Assembly (NCBI GenBank): GCA_005880315.1 | Contig: VBHB01000081.1 | Span: forward strand, 1,616-65,615 | DNA: 64,000 bases | Direction of reading: 5' to 3' | From: Chloroflexota bacterium | Lineage (GTDB): Bacteria; Chloroflexota; Dormibacteria; Dormibacterales; Dormibacteraceae | In this document: positions 18,874-26,599 of the stretch, piece after piece | Position numbering within the stretch: position 1 is the first letter of the stretch | Layout of the letters: every line of letters starts with the position of its first letter | The notes under the pieces: generated by a model | What the model was told of the DNA's origin: nothing | The model's database searches: none | Seen by the model: only the letters and a program-made list of their open reading frames with translations | Made by a program: the position numbers and the translations under genes

Positions 18874-19673
18874 GTTGCCGTCATCTGGGATGCGGCGTCC
18901 CAGCGCGCGCGAAGAGCCTCGGCCTCAGCGGGGTCGCCGACGATCAGGAAGCGAGGGTGGTGCAAGCCGTCGATGAGACTCGCGGCGAGCTGGTAGAACA
19001 CCCTAGTGCCATCTTCCGCGCCCAGACCGCCGCTCAGCCACCTGCCCATCCCCCTGGACCTTGTGTTCTGACCGATGCGCGGGCTTCGAGAGCCGGGACA
19101 GAAGAGCGAAACGGTGACACCGCTGCCCCGAGTCTGCTGCGCGAGGGCTTGCGTGAAGGTCGCCAACGCTGCATGACCGGTGTCGTAGGGGATGGTCATC
19201 GGGTCGGCAGGGAGAAGGCCGCCATACGACACCGCATTGATGATGTGACCGGACCTTTGCTCTGTCATGTGCGGAAGAAAAGCGGTGCTGCTTCTCACCG
19301 CACCGAGCAGGTTGGTCTCCAACATCCAGGTCCAATCCTTGCTGGAGATGCGGTCGAGCCTGCCCTGCAGAAGCACGCCGGCGGCGTTGACCAGGATGTC
19401 GACGCGGCCCATCGTCTTGACGGCGTCGCGCGCCAGCGCGCGCACAGATGCGTCGCTGCGCACGTCGGTCGACAGCGCGATGGCAGACTCGTTGGTGCCG
19501 AGCTTGACGATCTCCGCCACGGTGCGATCCATCCTGGGCGTATCGAAGTCGGCAATGACGATGTTCGCGCCCTGCCTGGCCATCGCCTTGGCGACCGCAC
19601 GGCCGACGCCGCTGCCGCCACCAATGACGACGGCGACCTTACCCGACAGTCCGCCTCGCGCCGGCGCGTTCAT
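18870..19673 (-). CDS. SDR-family oxidoreductase
   Basis: GKVAVVIGGGSGVGRAVAKAMARQGANIVIAD and NAAG motifs. Confidence 0.85.
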   Translation of the reverse strand: MNAPARGGLSGKVAVVIGGGSGVGRAVAKAMARQGANIVIADFDTPRMDRTVAEIVKLGTNESAIALSTDVRSDASVRALARDAVKTMGRVDILVNAAGVLLQGRLDRISSKDWTWMLETNLLGAVRSSTAFLPHMTEQRSGHIINAVSYGGLLPADPMTIPYDTGHAALATFTQALAQQTRGSGVTVSLFCPGSRSPRIGQNTRSRGMGRWLSGGLGAEDGTRVFYQLAASLIDGLHHPRFLIVGDPAEAEALRARWDAASQMTAT

Positions 19674-19674
19674 T

Positions 19675-20201
19675 GAACAGCCGAGATACTAGCCAGCACC
19701 GCCCCAGGTCCTGAAGATCTAAGCCTTTTTGAACCGGAGCGCGGTCCACGTCTCGTCGATCTTGACGAAGGCGACCGGCTTGTATCCGATCTCGCCGGTG
19801 AACTCACCGAGGACATCGCGCTTGGTCCACCACGGCGTCGCGGGCAGGTCGGTCGCTCCGCTGGTGACGCCTCCCTTCGGATAGCAGATCCACAGGAGGC
19901 CACCGGGCTTCACTGCTTTGATCGCCGGCGCGCCCAGGGAACAGCCGAGATACTAGCCAGCACTGCCCAACGTCCTGAAGATCTAAGCCTTTTTGAACCG
20001 GAGGGCGGTCCACGTCTCGTCGATCTTGACGAAGGCGACCGGCTTGTATCCGATCTCGCCGGTGAACTCACCGAGGACATCGCGCTTGGTCCACCACGGC
20101 GTCGCGGGCAGGTCGGTCGCTCCGCTGGTGACGCCTCCCTTCGGATAGCAGATCCACAGGAGGCCACCGGGCTTCACTGCTTTGATCGCCGGCGCGCCCA
20201 G
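19675..20201. repeat. Tandem direct duplication, 2 copies of about 264 bp
   Basis: 19675-19938 and 19939-20201 align base for base. I see 4 mismatches: 3 in the non-coding part and 1 synonymous. The track shows identical peptides twice (64-aa ORF = C-terminus of the 176-aa ORF; 77/85-aa antisense ORFs). Confidence 0.95.
19719..19913 (-). pseudogene. Truncated duplicate (last 64 codons) of the DUF3052-like gene
   Basis: The peptide is identical to the C-terminus of the 19983..20405 product. It lacks the N-terminal 77 residues and has no convincing RBS. Confidence 0.75.
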
Positions 20202-20405
20202 CGCCCGGAGCTCTTCGGCATTGCTCACGAAGAGCTGGACCACGTCATAGAGCGTCGACTCGTTGAGGGCGGTGAACAGGTCGGCGGGGGCCGGAATCAG
20301 CCGGTCGAGATAGCCGGCGGGTGCGTTGATGACGGCGACATGGTGATCGGGGGCCAGCCGCAGCTTCTTCGCGAGCGCCGACAAGCCGGGCGAATCGGGG
20401 CCCAT
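19983..20405 (-). CDS. DUF3052-like protein
   Basis: ATG at 20405. GLSALAKKLRLAPDHHVAVINAPAGY...KPGGLLWICYPK resembles actinobacterial DUF3052. Confidence 0.7.
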   Translation of the reverse strand: MGPDSPGLSALAKKLRLAPDHHVAVINAPAGYLDRLIPAPADLFTALNESTLYDVVQLFVSNAEELRALGAPAIKAVKPGGLLWICYPKGGVTSGATDLPATPWWTKRDVLGEFTGEIGYKPVAFVKIDETWTALRFKKA

Positions 20406-20446
20406 CGCAGAAAGCGAGCGCGTCTCGAGGTGGCGCAAATCCAGCG

Positions 20447-21406
20447 CTACTGTAGCGGGAAGGGCGGCTGCCACCACCACGGTTGGTCGTCGACCTCGAT
20501 GGCGACCACCCACTTGACCCAGTTGAAGCCCCGCTCCCCCGGAACCACCAGGCGCACCGGGTAACCGTGACCGGCGTCGAGCGGGGCACCGGCCATGCGC
20601 GTCGCCAGCAGCAGGCTACCGGCATCGTCGATGGCGAAACGGCGGCTGTAGCCGGTGTGCGAAATGATGTTCACGCTCGAATGCAATGTCGCGTCATTCG
20701 GCAGAAGGCGTTCGAGCAGCACCCCCTCCCACACCTGCTCGGAGTACCAACCCCCAGTGCAGTCGATGACCGCCGTAACCCGCTCCGAGTACCCGGCCAG
20801 ATCGTCATAGGTCCAGGTCTTGCCGGCCACGGCGAGCCGCCAGGAACCGGTATCGAGCTGGGGCACGCTGTCGAACATCCACTGCGTCGCGACCGGGTAC
20901 GCCGCCTGGAACGACCCCGTGGTCGCGCGCCGTGCCGACGGTAGCAACGCAACCGCAAGTCCGGCGATACCCGCCAGCAGCCCACCCTTGATGAAGTTGC
21001 GGCGGCTGAGGTCGGTCGACCTGAGCCTGAGCGGCCTGGCGACCACATGCCACACCAGGAATGGGATCAAGCAGAGGGCAGCGCCGACATGAAAGTCCAT
21101 CGCGGTCAGGTAGCCGACGTCGGGATGGCCGGCGGAATGCAGAAAACCGAAGACGATCGAGATGGCGATGCCAGCCGCGAGCACCACCGACGCCCAACGC
21201 AAGTCGCGATTGCGGCGCAATCCGCGACGGGCGACCAGGGACTTCCATGGCACCAGCAAAACGATTGCGACGCCGGCGGCCGCGTGAAGCCAGAGCACCG
21301 CCTGTGCGCGCTGGCCTGACAGCTCGAACGCGAGCCAGCCGGTCGCGAACGCGGCTGCGAGCAACAAGAAGAGCGAGGCGTTGGTCAGGCGGCCCGGGAG
21401 GCCCAC
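20447..21406 (-). CDS. Fusion of a YedZ-like haem-b membrane domain with a molybdopterin-dependent oxidoreductase domain (sulfite-oxidase/MsrP family)
   Basis: The N-terminal 5-6 TM helices carry conserved His residues. C-terminal part: IDCTGGWYSEQVWEGV...GYPVRLVVPGERGFNWVKWV. The first 168 codons of the track ORF overlap the upstream gene and look non-coding. GTG at 21406 is the proposed start. Confidence 0.8.
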   Translation of the reverse strand: MGLPGRLTNASLFLLLAAAFATGWLAFELSGQRAQAVLWLHAAAGVAIVLLVPWKSLVARRGLRRNRDLRWASVVLAAGIAISIVFGFLHSAGHPDVGYLTAMDFHVGAALCLIPFLVWHVVARPLRLRSTDLSRRNFIKGGLLAGIAGLAVALLPSARRATTGSFQAAYPVATQWMFDSVPQLDTGSWRLAVAGKTWTYDDLAGYSERVTAVIDCTGGWYSEQVWEGVLLERLLPNDATLHSSVNIISHTGYSRRFAIDDAGSLLLATRMAGAPLDAGHGYPVRLVVPGERGFNWVKWVVAIEVDDQPWWWQPPFPLQ

Positions 21407-21408
21407 GG

Positions 21409-21921
21409 TCAGCTTTCGGCCCGGATCGCCGGCGATCCACCCGCGGTGACCTCGAGGTCCGCCCACATCCCACTCGCCTCGTTGCCGCCCACCAGTGACG
21501 CGATCCGGTAGCTCCCCGCGGCCGACGGGGTGAACTCGAAGGTTGCCGACTCCCCGGGCCCGAGGCCGTGCGTCGGATCTGGCGTCGACCAGCTCGGCTC
21601 GACTGGATTCGTGTCGCCCCTGCCCCTCACAACGGCGCACGAGTTGGGCACGGTACCCCGGTTCTCGCACTGCACTGTGACGTGCCACCCCGTGGGGATG
21701 GTGATCACGAGCGTGCCGTCCCGGTAGCCGTCGTAGTTGAACTGATAGTCGCCCGCGGGGTAGCCGGCGACCAGTGTGATCACCACCGCCTGCGTCGCCA
21801 CATCCGAGTGGATGTAGCGCTGGGGATCCGGCGGGGTGCCCGGGCCTGTTCCCGTCAAGGGATCGCACGCGGCGCACAGTACGATCCCCAGGCACCCGGC
21901 GAGCGCCCATCTAAGGTCCAT
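21409..21921 (-). CDS. Lipoprotein with a sulfocyanin-like cupredoxin fold lacking the canonical type-1 Cu Cys/His ligands
   Basis: ATG at 21921. Signal and lipobox MDLRWALAGCLGIVLCAAC. The C-terminal loop SYRIASLVGGNEASGMWADLEV aligns to the cupredoxin C..H..M loop but has S and N in place of C and H. Confidence 0.6.
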   Translation of the reverse strand: MDLRWALAGCLGIVLCAACDPLTGTGPGTPPDPQRYIHSDVATQAVVITLVAGYPAGDYQFNYDGYRDGTLVITIPTGWHVTVQCENRGTVPNSCAVVRGRGDTNPVEPSWSTPDPTHGLGPGESATFEFTPSAAGSYRIASLVGGNEASGMWADLEVTAGGSPAIRAES

Positions 21922-21950
21922 GTGACGTTGCGAACTATGATCCCACTGAG

Positions 21951-22178
21951 ATGGGCGAACGCCAGCGAACCCGGCTGCTCCTCTGGTGGGAGTCGCTGGA
22001 GACATGGCGGCAGCTGGCGATCTCGTTTCCGATCTTCGCCGCCCTCATGTTCTTGATCAACATCGGCCCGTTCAGCCAGCCGCTACTGCGATCCATCTTT
22101 TACGGACTGTTCGAGGGAGCTCTATTGAGCGGCCTGCTCGCGGTGGCGACAGCCACCGAGCGCGGTCGCCGGCGCTGA
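21951..22178 (+). CDS. Small two-TM membrane protein
   Basis: 75 aa, hydrophobic. It ends 16 nt before the USP gene, whose RBS GAGGAGG follows. Confidence 0.5.
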   Translation: MGERQRTRLLLWWESLETWRQLAISFPIFAALMFLINIGPFSQPLLRSIFYGLFEGALLSGLLAVATATERGRRR

Positions 22179-22194
22179 AGGTGAGGAGGTAGCG

Positions 22195-22647
22195 ATGCCC
22201 GCAACGAGCGCGACCCCCAAGAAGATCGTGGTCGGCGTGGACGGTTCGGACGCGGGGAAGAGCGCGGTCGAGTGGACGGCGCGAATGGCGAAGACCTTGC
22301 ATTCGCAGGTCGTCGCCGTGTATGCCCTCGACCTGCCAGTCGCGCTGCCGGACCCGTACGCGATTCCTTTCTATCTCGATGACAAGTGGCGTGCCGGCCT
22401 CCAATCGGACTTCGAGAACAAATGGTGCCGGCCGCTGAAGACCGCGGGCGTCAGATACCGCGCGATGATCCAGGACGGGCGCCCCGCATCCGTGCTGATC
22501 GATGTCGCCGAGCGGGAGAAGGCCGACTTGATCGTCGTCGGCAGGCGTGGGCGCGGCGAGGTGGCCGAGCTGTTGCTTGGGAGCGTCAGCCACGAGGTCG
22601 CGCTTCATTCCAGGCGGCCGGTCGTGCTGGTGCCCCGGAAGCGCTGA
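22195..22647 (+). CDS. Universal stress protein (UspA family)
   Basis: KIVVGVDGSDAG...ADLIVVGRRGRGEVAELLLGSVSHEV. Confidence 0.9.
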   Translation: MPATSATPKKIVVGVDGSDAGKSAVEWTARMAKTLHSQVVAVYALDLPVALPDPYAIPFYLDDKWRAGLQSDFENKWCRPLKTAGVRYRAMIQDGRPASVLIDVAEREKADLIVVGRRGRGEVAELLLGSVSHEVALHSRRPVVLVPRKR

Positions 22648-22649
22648 GC

Positions 22650-23798
22650 ATGTCATCGTCGATCCGGCTCGGCCGGCTTTTCGGGATCGAGATCGGAGTC
22701 AACTGGAGCCTCGTCTTCGTCTTCGCGCTCATCGCCTGGACGCTGGCGACCGAGCTGCTCCCGTTTGAGGTTTCCCATCAGCCGGCTCTGGCGTACTGGG
22801 TCGCGGGCGCTGCGGGCGCCGTCGTTTTCTATGGGTGCCTGCTCGCGCACGAGCTCGCGCACGCATTGGTGGCGATTCGTTACGGCGTCAAGGTCGCGGG
22901 CATCACGCTGTGGCTCTTCGGCGGCGTTTCCAAGCTCGACGGAGAGCCCAAAAGCGCGGGCGCGGAAGCGCTCATCGCCGGCGTCGGGCCGCTGACAAGC
23001 CTTGCGGTCGCCGCGGTCATGTTCGTGCTGTCCCTCCTCCCACTTCCCCTGCTCGTATCAGGCGTTCTCGCATGGCTGGTGTTCGTGAACATCGCGCTTG
23101 CTCTTTTCAACCTCGTGCCCGCATTTCCACTTGACGGCGGCCGCCTCCTCAGCTCGTGGTTCTGGTGGCGCTCCGGAAGCAGGCAGCGAGGAGTGCACAG
23201 CGCAGTACGCATCAGCCGGGTGTTCGCCTACCTGATGATCGCGTTCGGAGTCTTCGAGCTCTTCACGGGGCAGGTCCTCAACGGGATCTGGATCGCCTTT
23301 GTAGGTTGGTTCCTGCTGTCGGCCGGGACCCAGGAGGAAGTTGGAACCGCCGTGCGAGGCCTGCTCCGGTCCGTGCCGGTGTCGGCGGCGATGACGTCGC
23401 CCGTAGTAACGGTGCCGGACTGGCTGACCGTTGCGCAGTTCATCGAGTCGATCGCGCCGGACCATCCGTTTACCACCTATCCGGTCCACGATCCCTCTGG
23501 CCAGCTGACCGGGATCGTGCGCCTGGGTGACCTCGTGAGGGTGCGCGGCGCCGGGGCGGACGAGCGATTGAAAGACCGCGCTCGCCCGATCGCGGACGTG
23601 CCGACAAGCCGCCCGGATGAAGACCTCGCTGCGATGATCCAGCGTGTGGGCACCGGACTGGACCAGCGCGTCCTCATCTTCGACGGTGGCAAGCTCGTCG
23701 GCATCGTGTCACCCGTCGACGTGGCGAGGGTGCTCGCGGTGAGGCAGGCGCAGAGCACGGGCGTGCCACCGCCGGCGCCGGCGCGCGGTCAGGTGTAA
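22650..23798 (+). CDS. M50 site-2-protease-family metalloprotease with tandem CBS domains
   Basis: ATG at 22650. HELAHALVA (HExxH), NLVPAFPLDGGR, C-terminal CBS pair. Confidence 0.9.
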   Translation: MSSSIRLGRLFGIEIGVNWSLVFVFALIAWTLATELLPFEVSHQPALAYWVAGAAGAVVFYGCLLAHELAHALVAIRYGVKVAGITLWLFGGVSKLDGEPKSAGAEALIAGVGPLTSLAVAAVMFVLSLLPLPLLVSGVLAWLVFVNIALALFNLVPAFPLDGGRLLSSWFWWRSGSRQRGVHSAVRISRVFAYLMIAFGVFELFTGQVLNGIWIAFVGWFLLSAGTQEEVGTAVRGLLRSVPVSAAMTSPVVTVPDWLTVAQFIESIAPDHPFTTYPVHDPSGQLTGIVRLGDLVRVRGAGADERLKDRARPIADVPTSRPDEDLAAMIQRVGTGLDQRVLIFDGGKLVGIVSPVDVARVLAVRQAQSTGVPPPAPARGQV

Positions 23799-23881
23799 GC
23801 GGAATCGACACCCGCCTGATCGCGATCGCGGCGTGCCTCCTCCTCGGCGGCTGCACCTCTGGCTCGACCTCGACCTTCAGC

Positions 23882-24277
23882 TTGAGCAACGCCGCTGTCG
23901 ACCCCAGCTACACGTGCCCGGTGGGCGCACACAACGCTGCGTATGACATTCACGGCACCATCGACGCGCACAACGGCACGTCGAAAGAAGTGACCATCAC
24001 CGCCGTCCAAGCCACGCTGACGCTGGCGGCGGTCAAAGGTGAATGGCTGCAGAAGGTCGGTGAAAAGTACGTCGCCGCCAACGCGACATACTCACCAACC
24101 AGTGTGGCCGCCGGCGCCCGCACGACTCTCACCGTGACGATTCCGAGCGCGTGCACCGGGCGCGTCAAGGGCGCTCCAGTTGCGTCAGGCGACTACGCGG
24201 TGAGCTTCGACCTGACCACCTCGGTCGGCACGTTCAAGACCGCCAGCAAGAACAGGCACCAGATCACTACTGGCTGA
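23882..24277 (+). CDS. Hypothetical secreted protein or lipoprotein (N-terminus probably extends upstream to about 23804)
   Basis: Track ORF (TTG start). The in-frame upstream sequence reads IDTRLIAIAACLLLGGCTSGSTSTFS, a signal peptide plus lipobox, but it has no ATG/GTG/TTG. Confidence 0.6.
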   Translation: MSNAAVDPSYTCPVGAHNAAYDIHGTIDAHNGTSKEVTITAVQATLTLAAVKGEWLQKVGEKYVAANATYSPTSVAAGARTTLTVTIPSACTGRVKGAPVASGDYAVSFDLTTSVGTFKTASKNRHQITTG

Positions 24278-24292
24278 GCCTCGAAGCTGACC

Positions 24293-24310
24293 GCGGGGGA
24301 TTGCCCCCGC
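24293..24310 (+). terminator. GC-rich hairpin after the lipoprotein gene
   Basis: gcggggg-attg-cccccgc forms a 7-bp stem 16 nt after the stop. There is no U-tract. Confidence 0.3.
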
Positions 24311-24332
24311 CGGTGCGTTCCAATTTGAAGGG

Positions 24333-25207
24333 GTGAGCCCACACATCCATTACTTTCCGCGCGCTTCAAGAGTGGTTGCCGGGTTCGTGCTGGCCGGGAT
24401 CATCGGGCTGGTGGCGTACTTTTTGCCGCTGTTCCAGTCGGCTTCGACGGCGACCGGGAACAGCGGTCCGCTTCCAATAGCGGTACCGAACCCATTGCCC
24501 ACGACAACCGACCCCTTCACTGTCCTGCTGCTTGGATCGGACGATGACGCGAAGTTTGCACAGGATCGCGTGAACACGCAGTCGATGATCCTCATCCGGG
24601 TCGACCCCACCTCGAAGAACGCGACCATGCTGTCGATCCCGCGCGACCTCTGGGTGCCGATTCCGGGGCAGGGCATGGGCAAGATCAGCACGGCGTATCA
24701 GACCGGTGGCCCTGATGGGGCAGTCGCCGCGGTAGAGAGCAACTCATGGTCGTCACCAACCCCGTCCTGGACGATTTCTACCCGTCCGACATCAACACGA
24801 ACTATCCATGGGGCTACTACCGCGCCGCGGTGCTTCCTGGCGCGGCTCACTTCGACGGCATCCACGCACTGCAGTACGTTCGCTCACGCCACGGCGACCT
24901 TCGGGGAGACTTCGCCCGATCTGAGCGTCAGCAGCAGCTGTTGATGGCAATCAAGGCCAGGGCCCATCACCTCAATGCCGCCGACCTGCCAGGCATCGCG
25001 AGCGCCATGCAAGGCGAGATCAAGACCTCGATCGGGCTCGACCGCATGCGCGTGCTCTTTTCGATAGCCGGGGATTTCACGAGCTCCAACATCCATCGGG
25101 TCGTGCTCTTGCCCCCGTTTACATCTGAGGGCTTCGCTGCGGGCCAGTCCGTGGTGTTTCCTGATTGGGGCCAGATCCTGCCGCTGGTGCACCAGAGCTT
25201 TCCGTGA
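24333..25207 (+). pseudogene. LytR-CpsA-Psr (LCP) family gene split by a frameshift or internal deletion near 24716-24750
   Basis: Frame 1 (24333..) carries a TM anchor and LLLGSDDD...NTQSMILIRVD...SIPRDLWV...AVAAVESN, then degenerates. Frame 2 (open from 24716) continues with ...HFDGIHALQYVRSRHGDLRGDFARSERQQQLL. About 30 conserved residues between the two parts are missing. Confidence 0.65.
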
Positions 25208-26262
25208 GCGCGATCGAAGCCCGCAGCCCGGGTACGTCCTCAGCGGTGCGCGCGCTCGTGGCCGCAGCGCTGGTGGTGGCGATGTGTCTGTTCGGTTTCG
25301 GCGTGTACCATGCGGCGTCGCTCTTCAAGAACTCGAAGACGCAGATCCGCCGCCCTACCGAAGCCAGCGCGCCCTCCCTCCCCGGGACGATGTATGTCGT
25401 CCAGGCCGGCGCCATCTATCGCTTCCAGCACGGCTCGTTCCGGCAGATCGTCGCTGAGGACGGTTGGATGCAGCCAGCGCTGTCACCCGACGGCAGCCGG
25501 CTGGTCGCGGTGAAACGATCCGTGAATGTTTCGGACCTGTACGTGATGAGCACAGGCGGCCGGATCTCGGAGCAGCTGACGCACAGCGAATCACCGACCG
25601 TGGAGTTGAATCACTGGGTCTTCTATCCGCGGTACACGCATGACGGATCCACCGTCTTCTTCAGCTATGACGCCAAGGACCCGTACAACAGCTATCGCGT
25701 CGACCTCGCCATCCTTGCGACGAGCGCAGTGAACCCGTCTGCGCGAGCCGAACGCTGGACCGTACCGAACGACTACACGGGCGGCGACGTCAACCCCATC
25801 CCACTCCGGAACGGTGGATTGATCTACACCAAATTCTCGATCGACTCCCAATCCGTGGTGCATTCGCAAATTTGGTTTCAGGACCGTCGCGGCAGCCCCG
25901 GCGTGGGGCTCACCAAGCCCGCGGACGATTGCAGCCAGCCCACGCTGTCGAGTGATGAAACCCGGATCGCGATGGTGTGCCGGCGTGGAGGGCTGCAGGC
26001 CGCAGACCTCGATGTCGCAGCCTTCGATGGGTCGACGGCGGCGATCGGCGAACCCAAGACCGTGGTGAACGACGAGGTGCTCGCCTCGCCGGCTTTCTCG
26101 CCTGATGGAAAGCTGGTGGCCTTCTTTGGCCCCGCTGAAGAGGGCGGGCCATTCCAGCTGTGGACGGTCGACCCGAACGCGGCCACCACCCATCCTCCGC
26201 GCCAGATCACGACCAGCCTGGATCTCGACTCGAGCTCGCCCCCCGCATGGACAGGGGCCTGA
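25204..26262 (+). CDS. Membrane-anchored TolB-like beta-propeller (PD40/WD40-like repeats)
   Basis: GTG at 25204 overlaps the stop of the LCP second frame (GTGA). One TM helix, then repeated PALSPDGSRLV / PAFSPDGKLVAF-type motifs. Confidence 0.75.
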   Translation: MSAIEARSPGTSSAVRALVAAALVVAMCLFGFGVYHAASLFKNSKTQIRRPTEASAPSLPGTMYVVQAGAIYRFQHGSFRQIVAEDGWMQPALSPDGSRLVAVKRSVNVSDLYVMSTGGRISEQLTHSESPTVELNHWVFYPRYTHDGSTVFFSYDAKDPYNSYRVDLAILATSAVNPSARAERWTVPNDYTGGDVNPIPLRNGGLIYTKFSIDSQSVVHSQIWFQDRRGSPGVGLTKPADDCSQPTLSSDETRIAMVCRRGGLQAADLDVAAFDGSTAAIGEPKTVVNDEVLASPAFSPDGKLVAFFGPAEEGGPFQLWTVDPNAATTHPPRQITTSLDLDSSSPPAWTGA

Positions 26263-26295
26263 GCAACCGGGACCGACGCCCAGCCGTACGGTAAG

Positions 26296-26328
26296 AACCG
26301 TTCATTCGTCGGTTTGCAAAACCGTTCA
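26296..26328 (+). promoter_or_regulatory. Direct repeat AACCGTTCA (x2, 24-bp spacing) in a lower-GC promoter region
   Basis: AACCGTTCA occurs at 26296-26304 and 26320-26328, flanking TTGCAA, upstream of the 26381 sORF / patatin pair. Confidence 0.3.
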
Positions 26329-26380
26329 ACGGTGGTAGCGGAACAGCGTTTTGTCACGCGTTTTTCAGGTAGGAGACGAC

Positions 26381-26599
26381 GTGAAGAGCAGATTCCGCAC
26401 AGAACCGGACCTTCAATCGCAGCTCGAGTCGCTGCTGGACCAGGTATGGCGGTCCGAGGCCGATTGGCGCTTCATGGACCGGGTCGACGCACTCGTGTTG
26501 ATGGAATCGCTCCGGGCCAAGCGCGCCGCGCGCATTGCGCAGGACGCCGCGCGAAAGGCAAATGCTTCGCCCGACCAATCTTCTGAAAATGCGGCCTGA
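26381..26599 (+). CDS. Small hypothetical protein (72 aa)
   Basis: GTG at 26381 is preceded by AGGAG at 5-nt spacing. Its stop overlaps the patatin start (ATGCGGCCTGA). Confidence 0.55.
   Translation: MKSRFRTEPDLQSQLESLLDQVWRSEADWRFMDRVDALVLMESLRAKRAARIAQDAARKANASPDQSSENAA

Noticed and set aside
19670-20167. Two near-identical ORFs (77 aa and 85 aa, MASCGSAIRREASPAER...)
   Set aside because: They are antisense-frame reflections of the 264-bp tandem duplication, not a duplicated real gene. The sense-frame DUF3052-like reading is the coding one.
21407-21910. N-terminal 168 codons of the Mo-oxidoreductase track ORF; likewise 58744..59076, 11616..11972, 12606..12854 and 42087..42587
   Set aside because: Each extension overlaps the 3' end of a well-supported upstream gene out of frame and lacks coding character. 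Internal starts give family-typical N-termini and tight operon junctions.
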